In this document: positions 37,680 to 50,120 of the stretch, piece after piece | Numbering within the stretch: position 1 is the first letter of the stretch | Layout: every line of letters starts with the position of its first letter | Source: Eledone cirrhosa | Taxonomy: Eukaryota | DNA: 64,000 bases | NCBI GenBank assembly: GCA_964016885.1 | Contig: OZ024744.1 | Coordinates: forward strand, 41,726,001 to 41,790,000 | Direction of reading: 5' to 3' | Notes under the pieces: model-generated | What the model was told of the DNA's origin: nothing | Seen by the model: the letters and a program-made list of their open reading frames with translations, nothing else | Databases searched by the model: none | Translations under genes and position numbers: made by a program

Positions 37680-38530
37680 CTTTCGTTACATAAGAGGTGT
37701 AGTGGGATAGCAGGCAAACCAACTGGAAAGGCAAACTTTGTATGGAGTAGATGTTCAGGGAAAATTGTTAGTAGAAGTGTCAAAGATAGGCACATTTTTC
37801 AAATGCAGATAGGATCTATAGAGGTGGTTGATAGCTTCTGATATCTAGGTGATCAAATTAGAAAGGGAGGAGGTTGCTCTGAGGCCAGAATAAGGGTAGA
37901 ATAGAGTTGCTTCCTCTGTTGACAATGAAAGGTTTCGCCTTGAAAATGAAAGATCAGTTATGTTAGTGCCTGTATGAGATGCACAAAACTCTAAACACTC
38001 GGGCCCATCTTTCACTATTCTGTGTCTATAGGCCCGAGTGTTTAGAGTTTGGTCTTGTGCAGCGTTCAAACCAGCACTTCTAAACCAGGAAGTGAACCAT
38101 GCTGATCAATATCATTATGAGAGAGTTGTTCGGGGAATCTATCATGTAGTGGTTTTACTTCCTATTTGAGGTTTAGTTCCTCTCTTTAGAGTTTCTTTGC
38201 TTTAATTTTCACAGTCATAGCTAGCTGTGCAGCACTCTATTGTTGATTTTCTATGGGTATATCTTGTCCCTGCGCAGTTTTTGCCTAAATTTTCTTGTCT
38301 TTTTTTTTGTTATTGAGTGTAATTTCTTAATTCGTTCATGCTTGAGTACAAGCTTAAGAAGTTCATCTCAGGTGTGGTGGAGGTGGCTATACAATCCAAA
38401 GATCACTGTTTTGTATACAGCTTTCAGTTGTCAGAGTCCCCTTTCGCCTTCTCTCCTTGATATATACAGCCTATGTACATCGGTTTCCTTGTTTTAGTGC
38501 CCAACCTTTGTAGTTCTTGCAGGTTCCAGT
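37680..38530. mobile_element. RTE fragment (+, 37680-37990) and R4/Dong fragment (-, 37990-38530)
   Basis: HKRCSGIAGK...GSIEVVDSF matches the RTE at 12415. AAQDQTLNTR and DVHRLYISRREG are R4 motifs. Confidence 0.65.
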
Positions 38531-38540
38531 TTATTGTTGA

Positions 38541-38734
38541 ATTGGCAGTATCGGTAGAGGGTTGGACGCCATGCTTTCCAGCAAAGTTACGTCCCTTTAC
38601 GATCTGAGTTCAAATCCCGCCGAGGTTGACTTTGCCTTTCATCCTTACGGGGGTCGATAAAATAAAGTACCAGTAATGTACTGGGTAATTGCTGGCCTTG
38701 TGCCTAAAGTAGAAACAATTATTATTATTATTAT
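38541..38734 (+). mobile_element. Family A SINE
   Basis: TGGCAGTATCGG A box, GAGTTCAAATCC B box, conserved core and (ATT)n tail. Confidence 0.88.
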
Positions 38735-38739
38735 TTTTC

Positions 38740-41321
38740 TTCTTCTTCTTATCATTAGTATTTTTGTCATTTCATTTATCTTGCTTTATATTCATACGAG
38801 TTATCACCGAGTCACAACCAGTGACCTCAAGAGACAACAAGGTCTGCCATGTTTAAGAACAAACACACATACATATGTATTTACACATAGGTGTTTACAC
38901 ATTGATATACTTATAGTGACCAAATCTTCCTTAGAGTATGGGCAGTTCCCATTAGTACTATCTTTTATATTTCTTCTATATGTGGGTTTTGTGGGATTTG
39001 GGATAAGTAATCATTAGACCCCTTAGGTAACATTCCTAGAGCACGTACTTCCACAGGTATTGATTTAGTTCTCAACTTCCATATTTTTCCGATCTCTATC
39101 TCCAGGTCTTTATACTTGCTTAATTTTTAAAATGTTTTTACACTATACATTCTTGTCTATAGGAACGGACATATCAATTAGCAGGCATACCCTCTTTTTA
39201 AAGTCCTTCAGTATTATATCAGGTCTAGTTGTATCTATTTTACGGTCTGTTTGGATGCTAAAGTTCCACAAGATTGAGATGTGATCTTTTTCAAGTCCAG
39301 GAGGTGGTTGATGCTCCCACCAATTCTTTTGATGGGGCAGGTCAAAATGCTTATACATTATCCAATGTATGTATTATGCGGATCTGATGTGCCTGTTTAG
39401 GTATTCAGTTGGAGCTATAGGGTTGTACATTGAAATTACATGATCAATGGTCTCTGGTTGTTTTTTACATACATGGAATATTGGGTTGCATCCATTTTTT
39501 TTATGTTGGCATCCATTTTTTTGTTGGCAGACACAGATCTTGTGCTGATATAATCAGTCCTTCAGTCTCCGATTTCAGTCCAGAGGATGCCAACCACTGA
39601 TGGTTTAAATGTTTGTCAACATCAGGATTGTTAGCTCTTTCTGGGTATTTTCCATACAGAGGCTTTTTTTGCCATTTTTTAGCCAGTTTCTTTAGTAGTT
39701 CTATCTTTGCAGTTACTTTTACCTGCTTTGCTTTTTCAATTGTTGAACTTTTCAAAGAAATATCTAACTTGATTAATCCACACCCTCCTTCTTTGCTAAG
39801 GAGATATATTCTATCTGTACCTGTCTGAGGGTGATGGATTCTGTGCATAGTTAAGAGTTTTCTAATTTTCGTATCGAGCCTACGGTTCTCTGTGCTTGAC
39901 CAGTTGATGACATTGTAACTGTAGGTTACTACTGGTATGGCAAGTGTGTTTAAGGCATCGATCCTATTCCTTGCATTCAACTCCGTTCTTAAGATTGCCC
40001 TTACACTGCGGTAACATTCCTTCCTTATCCTTTCCCTCATTGTCGAGTGCTTGATTCTGTCTCCTTCAGAAATACCTAGATATATATAAGTTTCTTATTG
40101 ATCAAGTTCTCTTACCACATTCCCCCGATCAAGATTAATGTCTGAACTTCTCAACAGCTTTCCTGTTCATCCATGTAGAACAAGTGATTAATAGTTTTGT
40201 CATAGACTTTAGATCCATGTTTTGTTTCATTGAGCATTTTATTAATTGTATAAGTGTGATGCAGAATAAAAGTGGTGATAAAGATTTACCCTGAAAAATT
40301 CCACAATTAATATTAACTTCTTCCAGTGATTTTTTCACTGTTCAAAAGGAGTGTTGTTTTCCATGTCTTCATACTGAATGACAGGAACCTCCTGACAACG
40401 GGAGATATTTTGAAAATCTCTAAACACTTTTCAATCCAAATGTGTGGCAAACTATCAAATGCTTTTTTGTAATCTATCCAAGAAATTGATAGATTTTTGT
40501 GTCTATTATGATAATCTTCCAGTATTGGCAGTATCGGTAGAGGGTCGGACGCAATGCTTTCCAGCATAGTTACATCCCTTTACGATCTGAGTTCAAATCC
40601 CGCCGAGGTTGACTTTGCCTTTCAACCTTACGGGGTCGATAAAATAAAGTACCAGTGATGCACTGGGTAATTGCTGGCCTTGTGCCTAAAGTAGAAACAA
40701 TTATTTTGTTAATCAAAAGCTGATCTTTACAGCCATATGTGCCTTTCTGCTCAATGGGAAATAGGTCATTTGTTATCAGGTGGTCATATGTATATTCAGT
40801 TAAGATTTCATACATTGTGGTCAAGCAAGTTATTGGTCTGTAATTTTTTTGATTATTTGTCTCATCAGTCTTCGGAAGCAGGAATGTAAAGCCGTTAGCT
40901 AACCATGATGGTATCTTATCTGGCTTCTTAACCATTTCATTGTAAAGTTGGACTAAGAGCTCATGAAATTCTGTGAAGGCATTTATCCAAAAATTTGGTA
41001 TTTTGTCTTTCCCTGGGGATTTCCATTTGCTGGATTTTCTAAGAGCTTAATGTAACTGTTCAACTGTTATATTTTCCCATGTTTGTTCCTTAAGGTGAGC
41101 TGTATTGTTCATTTGTCTGTCTGTCTATGGGACATGTATATTATGAACTTTTTCTTCGGCCCAGATATTTTCCCAGAATTCTTGCACTTCCTCCTTGGGT
41201 GGTATTGATTTCGCAGTTATTGTTGACTTACCAATTTTTCTGTAGAAGTTTTTTGGGTTGTTTTTGAACATATTATTGTCCTTATAGAATTTAGAGCATT
41301 GTTCAAAGCGTCTTATACGAG
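38740..41321 (-). mobile_element. 5'-truncated, decayed R4/Dong-clade RLE retrotransposon
   Basis: NYRPITCL, WIDYKKAFDS, GIFQG.SLSPLLF, ETEGLIISAQD, RPDIILKD...LIDMSVP. Confidence 0.88.
40523..40704 (+). mobile_element. Family A SINE inserted in the R4 RT region
   Basis: Splits GCKDQLLINK from ILED...WIDYKKAFD. TATT is present at both junctions. Confidence 0.88.
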
Positions 41322-42407
41322 CACCTCTTCCTCGATGGTGATCAGGTGTGGTTGCCATTTGCTAGACGTGTCTTTCGACAGCTCATCTCCTTGACAGAGC
41401 AGCAGATCTTGGGTCAAGAGAAGACCGAGAGGGTGCGCTTGGAGACTGGAATGTCTTCAGGTGCTCACAGCCCTCAGCCAATTGGGCAATGTGATCGGTG
41501 GAAACTCAACCTTGGCGTTCTATAGAGGATTAGTGGAGGGGAAGAGCGATGACGTACTTGGGGAAACTCTAGGCGTCGACGAAAATCAACTAGCCAATTT
41601 CTTTGGAAGAACTTTCGGGTCGGGACCTATGGACAACTTCCAGAAATCTCTGGCCTGGCAGTGCTACCGAGGAGCTTTGCCAGTTTGGGATAAACAACTC
41701 TACAGGCATGGAGGTGCCGTCAGCCGGGCATGTCTGAGATGCATGCAGGATGACAAAACCATCCTGCATGCACTCGTCCAGTGTCCGAGCATTGTTGACT
41801 TGTGGGTTTATGTCGAACACCTGCTGTCACGTGTAGGACGGATCCGACTATCAGCTGAGTCCATCGTGAGGATTGCCCTGCCCTCTTCCTTTAGCCGGGA
41901 AGGGCAGGCAGTTTTTATCTGTCTGGTGGCCATGGCGAAAGAGGTAGTATGGTGGACACGTCTGAAAGGGCTGAAGACGAGCACTTACCTCTTCGGTGAT
42001 GCTCTGATTAACTTTTTCAAATTTCATTTGAAAAGAAAAATCAGGCTAGAGAAGGAAGTGCTCTCTTCCCAGCTTTTTGTTGAAAGATGGGTGAGAGAAG
42101 CAAGAATGGCCCGAGTCAGTGGACCTACTCTGAGTATATGCCTGTAAATTGAAGGTGGAAAACTGGGAGAGGACAATTGCCCTGGTGGTCAGGGTCACCG
42201 TGACCTTTTTAATGGGCTTTCTCCACGATGGCCCTCGGAAGTATCCTCTCTATTGGGGAATTTTTCATTGTTCTTTTATTACATCCTCTATTTTTTTGTT
42301 TTTTACGTGCAGAAATACCCATTTGTACCGTCCAGTATTGTCCTGTACTGTCCTTAATATCTACTTTGTGTAAACCCTTGTGGTTAATAAAGAAAGCATT
42401 GTTATTA
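41322..42407 (+). mobile_element. Tx1 array unit 1 (5'-truncated)
   Basis: Homologous to ~49037-50130 of the full-length copy. Ends CCCTTGTGGTTAATAAAGAAAGCATTGTTATT. Confidence 0.92.
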
Positions 42408-44097
42408 TGACTCTCAAGCCATTACTGCACAAACTGGAGACGTTGAGGAGCGTCCCGCGCAAACTAGGATGTGGAAGATCCGTGTCAGCATATGCGGACG
42501 ATGTCATTGTAGTGCTGTCAAACGCCAAACACATCGAGGTGATCGGCACTACACTAAGAGAATACGAAGCGGTGACAGGAGCAATGATCAACCAGGAAAA
42601 GTCAGTGGGCCTGCAGCTCGGCACCTGGAGAAGCAGATCCATGCGGTCCAACAGCGTCGTTGGGCGCTGGATGGACGGACCGGTTAAATTGCTAGGGGTC
42701 TGGTTCGGGCCGGACCTCCAGAATGACAAAAACTGGGACGAAGTGACGAGCAGGGTGGCTTCTCTCACCCAAAAATGGGCGGAGAGGAAGCTATCCCTGG
42801 AAGGTCGAGCGGAGGTGGCTAATGCGTACATCGCATCCGTCATCTGCTACCGCCTGACCGTCGTACCTTGTCCTAAGCTCTGCCTGACTGCGCTGGAGAG
42901 TTTGCTCTTTCGCTTTTTCTAGAAGGGACGCACTCCAATGGTCAGGCGCTCAATCTGTTGTCAACACCCGCTACGTGGAGGGCTGGGCATGTGGTGGCTG
43001 ATGATGCACAGACACGCACTCAGGCTACGACATCTCTACCTCTTCCTCGACGGTGATCAGGTGTGGTCGCCGTTTGCTAGACACGTTTTTCCCCAGCTCG
43101 TTTCCTTGACGGAGCTGGAGTCCTGGGTCAAGCGAAGACCGAGAAGGAGCACTTGGAGACTGGAATGTCTTCAGGCGCTCACAGCCCTCGACCAATTGGC
43201 GTTCTATAAAGGATTAGTGGAGGGGATGAGCGACGACGTACTTGGGGAAACTCTAGGCCTCGACAAAAATCAACTAGCCAATCTCTTTGGAAGAACTTTC
43301 AGGCCAGAGCCTATGGACAACTTCCAGAAATACCTGGCCTAGCAGGGAGGAGCCTTGCCAGTTCGGGATAAACTCTACAGGCATGGTAGTGCCGTCGGTT
43401 GGGCATGTCCGAGATGCGCGCAGAGCGACAAAGCCATCCTGCATGCACTCGTTCAGTGTCCGAGAATTGCTGACTTGTGGGTTTATGTCGAACACCTGCT
43501 GTCGCGTGTAGAACAGATCCGACTATCAGCTGAGTCCATGGTGAGGATTACCCCGCCCTCTTCCTTTAGCCAGGAAGGGCAGGCAGTTTTTATCTGTCTG
43601 GTGGCCATGGCGAAAGAGGTAGTATGGTGGACACGTCTGAAAGGGCTGAAGACGAGCACTTACCTCTTCGGTGATGCCCTGATTAACTTTTTCAAATTTC
43701 ATTTGAAAAGAAAAATCAGGGTAGAGAGGGAGGTGCTCTCTTCCCAGCATTTTGTTGAAAGATGGGTGAGAGAAGCAAGTATGGCCCGAGTGAATGCGCC
43801 TACTCTGAGTATGTGTCTGTAAATTAAGGTGGAAAACTGGGAGAGGGCACTTGCCTTGGTGGTCAGGGTCACCGTGGCTTTTTAATGGGCTTTCTCCATG
43901 ATGGCCCTCGGAAGTCTTCCCCCCTATTAGGGAATTTTTCATTGTTATTTTTTTGTTACATCCTCTGTTATTGTTTTTTTACATGCAGAAATTCCCATTT
44001 GTACCGTCCTGTATTGTCCTGTACTGTCCTTAATGTCTACTTTATGTAAACCCTTGTGGTTAATAAAGAAAGCATTACCATTATTATTATTATTATT
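42408..44097 (+). mobile_element. Tx1 array unit 2 (5'-truncated within RT)
   Basis: SAYADDV motif, stops and a small deletion, same 3' UTR and (ATT)n tail. Confidence 0.92.
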
Positions 44098-44310
44098 GAA
44101 TGCCATGGTTGACGGAGGCTCGGCTCTGTAAGGTATAGTAATTTTTAACCGTTAAAACAATTGTAAATTGTTTAAAACTTGAACCAAATTGTTGATAAAG
44201 ACACCCTCCTCCTCGTGAGAGGGGTCTTTCTGTACGTTATTTGGCCCTTCGGGGTTAAATAACCAGTTATTGGGGTTTTGTACCCAAAATTTCATTTTAA
44301 ACAAAAAAAC

Positions 44311-46404
44311 ATGGCTACGAAAAAGAAATTTCATACGTCACTCCCACTCATTCCGTCTTCTTCTTCCTCAATCATCACTACAGCAGAGAGAAGATTGTCT
44401 CTCTCCCTCCCTTCTTTAAATGTGTCTCTCTCCCTCCCTTCTCTTTCGCAAGCGACGAAAGAAAAGAAAAGTCTCGTGCAAAGCGTGCAAGGTTTCTCCA
44501 CGACGACGACGACAGAGACGAAACAGGTGTGCGGGAAATACGAAAACCCAGTTCATTCGTCTGACGTCAGGAATAATAGCAGTAGCAGCCGTAATAACAA
44601 CAGCAACAGTGACAATGAAAACAACAGTAGCAGCCGCAACAGCATCACCAGCAACATAAACAACAACAGCATTAGCAGCAGCAACACCAACAACAACCAC
44701 AGCAACAGCGGCGGAGGCAGTAGTCGTAGTACCTGCAGCAACAACAAAAGTACCAGCAGCTCTGACAACAACAACAGCAGAGAAAAACCAATCTCATTTG
44801 CAGGTATTGCGAAAAACTTGGAAACAATCCTCATAACAAATGAGGAATTAGAGGAAGCGAAGAAGATGGTGACAAAGAACGGACACCGAGCAATCTGCAA
44901 GGCAGCGGAAAAGTTTTTCGAGACCCAAGAGCACTGTACGGTCACGTACCGTACAGTAAGTACAAAATCCCGTAGGGTGGAAAGAGCCACAGAGGCCCAA
45001 ATACAAAAAGCCTTGGGGTCTGTGTGGCAGCGGAAAACGCACATCACCCGAGGCAAAAAATATGCCACCGTAGACGTACTTTTTGCCACACCCCAGGAGG
45101 CAAAGGCCCAATCAGTAGTGACCCTAAGGAGCGAGGAAATGGTGTTGGTGCCCTCCTACTGAGGGCAAAAAATTGTGAGGGTCAAACTGACCCACGTCCC
45201 CCCCGGAATGACCCCTTCTTGGCTGGCCGCGTCTGTCCTCGTCGGAATCGAGGACAAAACAACTGTACTGCAAGTACAGAAAAAAGTAAGAGAAGATTGG
45301 GTCGGCTCCTCCATTGAGATGCTAATCCAAACCAACCAGGAGTGCATCGAAGCTATCCCGGATGTGATAGACTTCGATAACGGCACTCAACTGCCCATAA
45401 GTGTTGAGGGCAAACGCCCGAAATGCTTTCGCTGTGGATCGAAGACTCACCTCAGGGCCTTCTGCAACGAGAAGACCCTGAGAAAGGAGAAAACCCCCCT
45501 CCTTCCGAATCCGGCTCCACGGCTACCAGCAACAGGACAAGCGGCAACCAGGAACGATAGGTCCGTGGCACCCATACCCACGCCACGGAAATCAAAAACA
45601 GCAGCAGCAGTGGAAATATTAACAACAACAACAGCAATACCAAATGCAGCTGCAACAGAGACTCCAGTGCAAACATCACCAACAACAACAAGTGAAAGAG
45701 TGGAGCTGGTACCCCTCCCCGACCTCACAGAATCAGACATGGAGTGTGAGGTGGGAGAGGGATGGCAAAAGGTCGCAAGAAGGCACAAACGCAGAAGCAG
45801 CGCATCGTCGCCTTTGAAAAGGGAGGAAAGAAATGAGAAAAGGGTAAAGTCTACTGCAAAGAGACCCACAGCAGCAACACCACCAACACCATCACCACCC
45901 ACACCAGCACCACCATCACCACCGGCGACAACCCCACCGCCAACAACACCTTCAACACCACCACCACAAGCACCAACATCGCAAACACAACAACAAAACA
46001 CACACACCCAGCAACAACGACAAGAAGATAGAAGAACCACACCCCACCCCCAGAAAAACAAATGCACGGCAATAAACACACACAACAAGAAACTAATGAC
46101 TTACATAATTGAACACACAGACATTTCACAACAGGACTACATAATACCAGCACCAATCAAAACGCCAACTAACATAAGACTGCTAAAAATAGCACAGAAA
46201 CAATACACAAACATTAAAACGAAATTCCCCAACGCAGTTGGTGATTTCAGGGACCTAGGAGGAACCATCAATCGAAGAGTATATTCAGACATTCTCTTAG
46301 AAGAGCCGACGACCAGCCGAAGGGACGATTCAACGGTCCCTTCACCAGACGATCAAGTGAAAAGGGATGTAAAAACCATCCCTCCTCTACCAAAAGTACG
46401 GTAA
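44311..46404 (+). CDS. Tx1 ORF1 (gag-like, CCHC zinc knuckle) with a single in-frame TGA at 45160-45162
   Basis: ORFs 44278-45162 and 45175-46404 are in the same frame. CFRCGSKTHLRAFC knuckle, Asn/Ser-rich N-terminus and Pro/Thr-rich C-terminal part. Confidence 0.8.
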
Positions 46405-46439
46405 GTGGTCTTTCCCATCTTTTCCACTCTATTTTAAAC

Positions 46440-49400
46440 ATGACCTCACTCAGAATAGGCAGCATAAATGCGCGTGGCTTGGGGTCGTCATGGAAGCAGG
46501 GTCACCTGCTCAACGACCTCAGGTCACTAAACATAGATGTAGTGGCCATCAGCGAGACCAGAATCTCCGAAGCACGGGCCTTCGCACCGATCTTCGGCGG
46601 CTACGATGTGTACGCATCTCCCAGCCGTCCTGGATCGGGTGGAGGAGTTGCTGTGCTTTTTCGGAGAGGTTTGGATCTCGCCATACGGGCCATCTTCCTG
46701 GACCCAGAGGGTAAGCTGGTGGTGCTGGACGTGACCAGCGGAGACGGGAAAGCTTTCAGGCTAGTGGCCGTCTATGCCCCGACAGGAGCAGGGCGGCCTG
46801 ATTTCTTCCGGCGTCTGGAGACCTTTCTTGGAACGTCCCGCTCTTTAGTGTTAGTGGGCGACTGGAACGGGATCTTAGATGCACGCTGGGACTGTGTGGG
46901 ATTAGCGGATAGGGGTGGAGGGTGCAAGAGCCTCACCAACCTGCTCAGGCGTTTTGAACTGTCTGACAGGTACCGATTGGATTTCCCGAATGTGCCAATG
47001 TGGACTTGGACAAACCGCATAGGGTCATCCAGATCATATCTAGATAGAGTATTTTGTAGGGAAATAGATAGGTCTAGCATAGGCTGTCCACAATTCAAGA
47101 TAGTCAGCTACACGGACCACAAATTCGTGACCTGTGTGCTTGACTTAGATAGGCTTCATAGACGAGGACCCGGCTACTGGAAGCTAAACGCGTCCTTACC
47201 AGCGCGCAAGGCCTACAGAGACCGGATTAGCGAACTAGTTAAGCGGGCGTTGACGGGGGCCATCGTCAACAACAAGTGGTGGTTTGCTCTGAAAAGAGCG
47301 ATTAGAATAGAATCGATTAGGTTTAGTAAGGCTTTAGCAATAGAGAAAAATAGAGCAGAGGGAGAACTAGTTAGAAAATTAGACGAGGCGCTTAGCAAAG
47401 GCATTGCGACCGACGTGCTTGCGGCGAAATTGGCCCTTGACCAATTCTTCAATGCAAAGCACGAAGGCTGCGTTGTCAGAGCTAGGGTGCGTGCTCTCAG
47501 ACACGAGGGGACGAAAGCCGTTCAATGGGCCCGAGTGGCGGAGGCGCGTCGTGGCAACAAAGCCACGATCCGGTCTTTGGTGGACCACGACGGGCGCATG
47601 CTACTCGATCCCGGGCAAATGTGTGAAGCTTTTCAGCGACACTTCGCTCAGCTGTTCGGGGGCAGCGGGGGGCCGGGTAGAGGGATGGACTTTAGTGTCT
47701 ACCTCGACGGACTGCCGCGGCTCTCGGCCACTGAGGCGAGGTGTTGCGAAAAGCCGATAACAGCCGCTGAAGTACGGGAGGCAATGACTGGCTGCACAAG
47801 GGGTAAATCGCCTGGTTTGGATGGTCTGCCCTATGAACTTTACGTACAGATGCCAGACTTGTTCGGAGGCCTCTTGGCGGACGTCTACTGCAACTGGCAA
47901 CAGAACGGGAGAATCCCCAGTTCTGTGAGCCGAGGAGCGGTGGCACTGCTGAGAAAGGATCCGAACAAGGGGGATAACATAGACAATTTCCGGCCCATAA
48001 CTCTGCTAAACACAGAGTTTAAGATTTTGGCCAAGGTGCTAGCAAAGAGGTTGGCGCTTGTCGTTGGTGGTCTGGTGGGAGAGGCGCAGACATGCGCCAT
48101 TCCCGACAGATCCATCCACGACAACCTCCACCTCATGCGATACATCGTAGAGAGGGTAGCTAGGGAACCTGGCACGGGTGGGTCCTTGATCAATTTAGAT
48201 CAGTCGAAAGCTTTCGATAGGGTCGACCATCGTTACCTAGCGGCAGTCCTGAGGGCGGCTGGCTTTGGGCCCGTCTTCAGAGGCTGGATCGCTGCCATGC
48301 ACAGCGACATCTGCTCTGTGGTGAGAGTGAACGGTCACCTGTCGGAACCGTTCAACATCATGCGCTCGGTCCGCCAAGGATGTCCCCTCTCGTCCCTCTT
48401 GTACGTATTGACTCTCGAGCCATTACTGCACAAACTGGAGACGTTGAGGGGAGTCCCGCGCGAACTAGGATGCGGAAGATCCGTGTCAGCATATGCGGAC
48501 GATGTCACCGTAGTGGTGTCGAACGCCAAACACATCGAGGCGATCGGCACTACACTAAGAGAATACGAAGCGGTGACAGGAGCAATGATCAACCAGGAAA
48601 AGTCAGTGGGCCTGCAGCTCGGCACCTGGAGAGGCAGGTCCATGCCGTCCAACAGCGTCGTCGGGCGCTGGACGGACGGACCGGTTAAATTGCTAGGGGT
48701 CTGGTTCGGTCCGGACCTCCAGACGGACAAAAACTGGGACGAGGTGACGAGCAGGGTGGCTTCTCTCACCCAGAAATGGGCGGAGAGGAAGCTATCCCTG
48801 AAAGGTCGAGCGGAGGTGGCTAACGCGTACATCGCGTCTGTCATCTGCTACCGCCTAACCGTCGTACCTTGTCCTAAGCCTCGCCTGACTGCGCTGGAGC
48901 GTTTGCTCTTTCGCTTTTTGTGGAAGGGACGTGCTCCGATGGTCAGGCGGTCCATCTGTTGTCAACACCCGCTACGTGGAGGGCTGGGCATGCCGTGGCT
49001 GATGATGCGCAGGCACGCGCTCAGGCTACGACATCTCCACCTCTTCCTCGACGGTGATCAGGTGTGGTCGCCGTTTGCTAGACGCGTTTTTCCCCAGCTC
49101 GTTTCCTTGACGGAGCTGCAGTCCTGGGTCAAGCGAAGACCGAGAGGGAGCGCCTGGAGACTGGAATGTCTTCAGGCGCTCACAGCCCTCGACCAATCGG
49201 GCAATGTGATCGGTGGAAACTCCACCTCGGCGTTCTATAGAGGATTAGTGGAGGGGAAGAGCGACGACGTACTTGGGGAAACTCTAGGCGTCGACGAAAA
49301 TCAACTAGCCAATCTCTTCGGAAGAACTTTCGGGCCAGGGCCTATGGACAACTTCCAGAAATCTCTGGCCTGGCAGTGCTACCGAGGAGCCTTGCCAGTT

Positions 49401-49859
49401 CGGGATAAACTCTACAGGCATGGAGGTGCCGTCAGCCGGGCATGTCCGAGATGCGCGCAGGGCGACGAAACCGTCCTGCACGCACTCGTCCAGTGTCCGA
49501 AAATTGCTGACTTGTGGGTTTATGTCGAACACCTGCTGTCGCGTTTAGGACGGATCCAGCTATCATCTGAGTCTATCGTGAGGATTGCCCCGCCCTCCTC
49601 CTTTAGCCGGGAAGGGCAGGCAGTTTTTATCTGTCTGGTGGCCATGGCGAAAGAGATAGTATGGTGGACACGTTTGAAAGGGCTGAAGACGAGCACTTAC
49701 CTCTTCGGTGATGCTCTGATTGACTTTTTCAAATTTCATTTGAAAAGGAAAATCAGAGTAGAGAAGGAAGTGCTCTCTTCCCAGCATTTTGTTGAAAGAT
49801 GGGTGAGAGAAGCAAGAATGGCCCGAGTGAATGGGCCGACTCTGAGTATATATCTGTAA
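46440..49859 (+). CDS. Tx1 ORF2: APE endonuclease + reverse transcriptase + C-terminal zinc finger, intact
   Basis: SINARGL, AISETR, VGDWN, SYLDRV, YTDHKFV (endonuclease); LDQSKAFDRV, VRQGCPLS, AYADDV (RT); CPRC...HALVQC. Confidence 0.96.
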   Translation: MTSLRIGSINARGLGSSWKQGHLLNDLRSLNIDVVAISETRISEARAFAPIFGGYDVYASPSRPGSGGGVAVLFRRGLDLAIRAIFLDPEGKLVVLDVTSGDGKAFRLVAVYAPTGAGRPDFFRRLETFLGTSRSLVLVGDWNGILDARWDCVGLADRGGGCKSLTNLLRRFELSDRYRLDFPNVPMWTWTNRIGSSRSYLDRVFCREIDRSSIGCPQFKIVSYTDHKFVTCVLDLDRLHRRGPGYWKLNASLPARKAYRDRISELVKRALTGAIVNNKWWFALKRAIRIESIRFSKALAIEKNRAEGELVRKLDEALSKGIATDVLAAKLALDQFFNAKHEGCVVRARVRALRHEGTKAVQWARVAEARRGNKATIRSLVDHDGRMLLDPGQMCEAFQRHFAQLFGGSGGPGRGMDFSVYLDGLPRLSATEARCCEKPITAAEVREAMTGCTRGKSPGLDGLPYELYVQMPDLFGGLLADVYCNWQQNGRIPSSVSRGAVALLRKDPNKGDNIDNFRPITLLNTEFKILAKVLAKRLALVVGGLVGEAQTCAIPDRSIHDNLHLMRYIVERVAREPGTGGSLINLDQSKAFDRVDHRYLAAVLRAAGFGPVFRGWIAAMHSDICSVVRVNGHLSEPFNIMRSVRQGCPLSSLLYVLTLEPLLHKLETLRGVPRELGCGRSVSAYADDVTVVVSNAKHIEAIGTTLREYEAVTGAMINQEKSVGLQLGTWRGRSMPSNSVVGRWTDGPVKLLGVWFGPDLQTDKNWDEVTSRVASLTQKWAERKLSLKGRAEVANAYIASVICYRLTVVPCPKPRLTALERLLFRFLWKGRAPMVRRSICCQHPLRGGLGMPWLMMRRHALRLRHLHLFLDGDQVWSPFARRVFPQLVSLTELQSWVKRRPRGSAWRLECLQALTALDQSGNVIGGNSTSAFYRGLVEGKSDDVLGETLGVDENQLANLFGRTFGPGPMDNFQKSLAWQCYRGALPVRDKLYRHGGAVSRACPRCAQGDETVLHALVQCPKIADLWVYVEHLLSRLGRIQLSSESIVRIAPPSSFSREGQAVFICLVAMAKEIVWWTRLKGLKTSTYLFGDALIDFFKFHLKRKIRVEKEVLSSQHFVERWVREARMARVNGPTLSIYL

Positions 49860-50120
49860 ACTAAAGGTGGAAAACTGGGAGAGGGCACTTGCCTTGGTGG
49901 TCAGGGTCATTGTGGCTTTTTACTGGGCTTTCTCCACAAATGTCCCTCCGAAGTCTCCCCCCTATTGGGGAATTTTTCATTGTTATTTTCATTGTTATTT
50001 TTGTTACATCCTCTGTTTTTGTTTTTTTTACACGCAGAAATGCCCATTTGTACCGTCCTGCATTGTCCTGCACTGTCCTTAATGTCTACTTTATGTAAAC
50101 CCTTGTGGTTAATAAAGAAA

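Noticed and set aside
44200-44230. HDV-like ribozyme at the Tx1 5' end (CCTCCTCGTG resembles the L3 loop)
   Set aside because: I could not build P1/P2/P3 pairings. The segment folds as a simple hairpin.
44416-46156. Long antisense ORFs over Tx1 ORF1
   Set aside because: They are shadows of the C/A-rich low-complexity sense strand.
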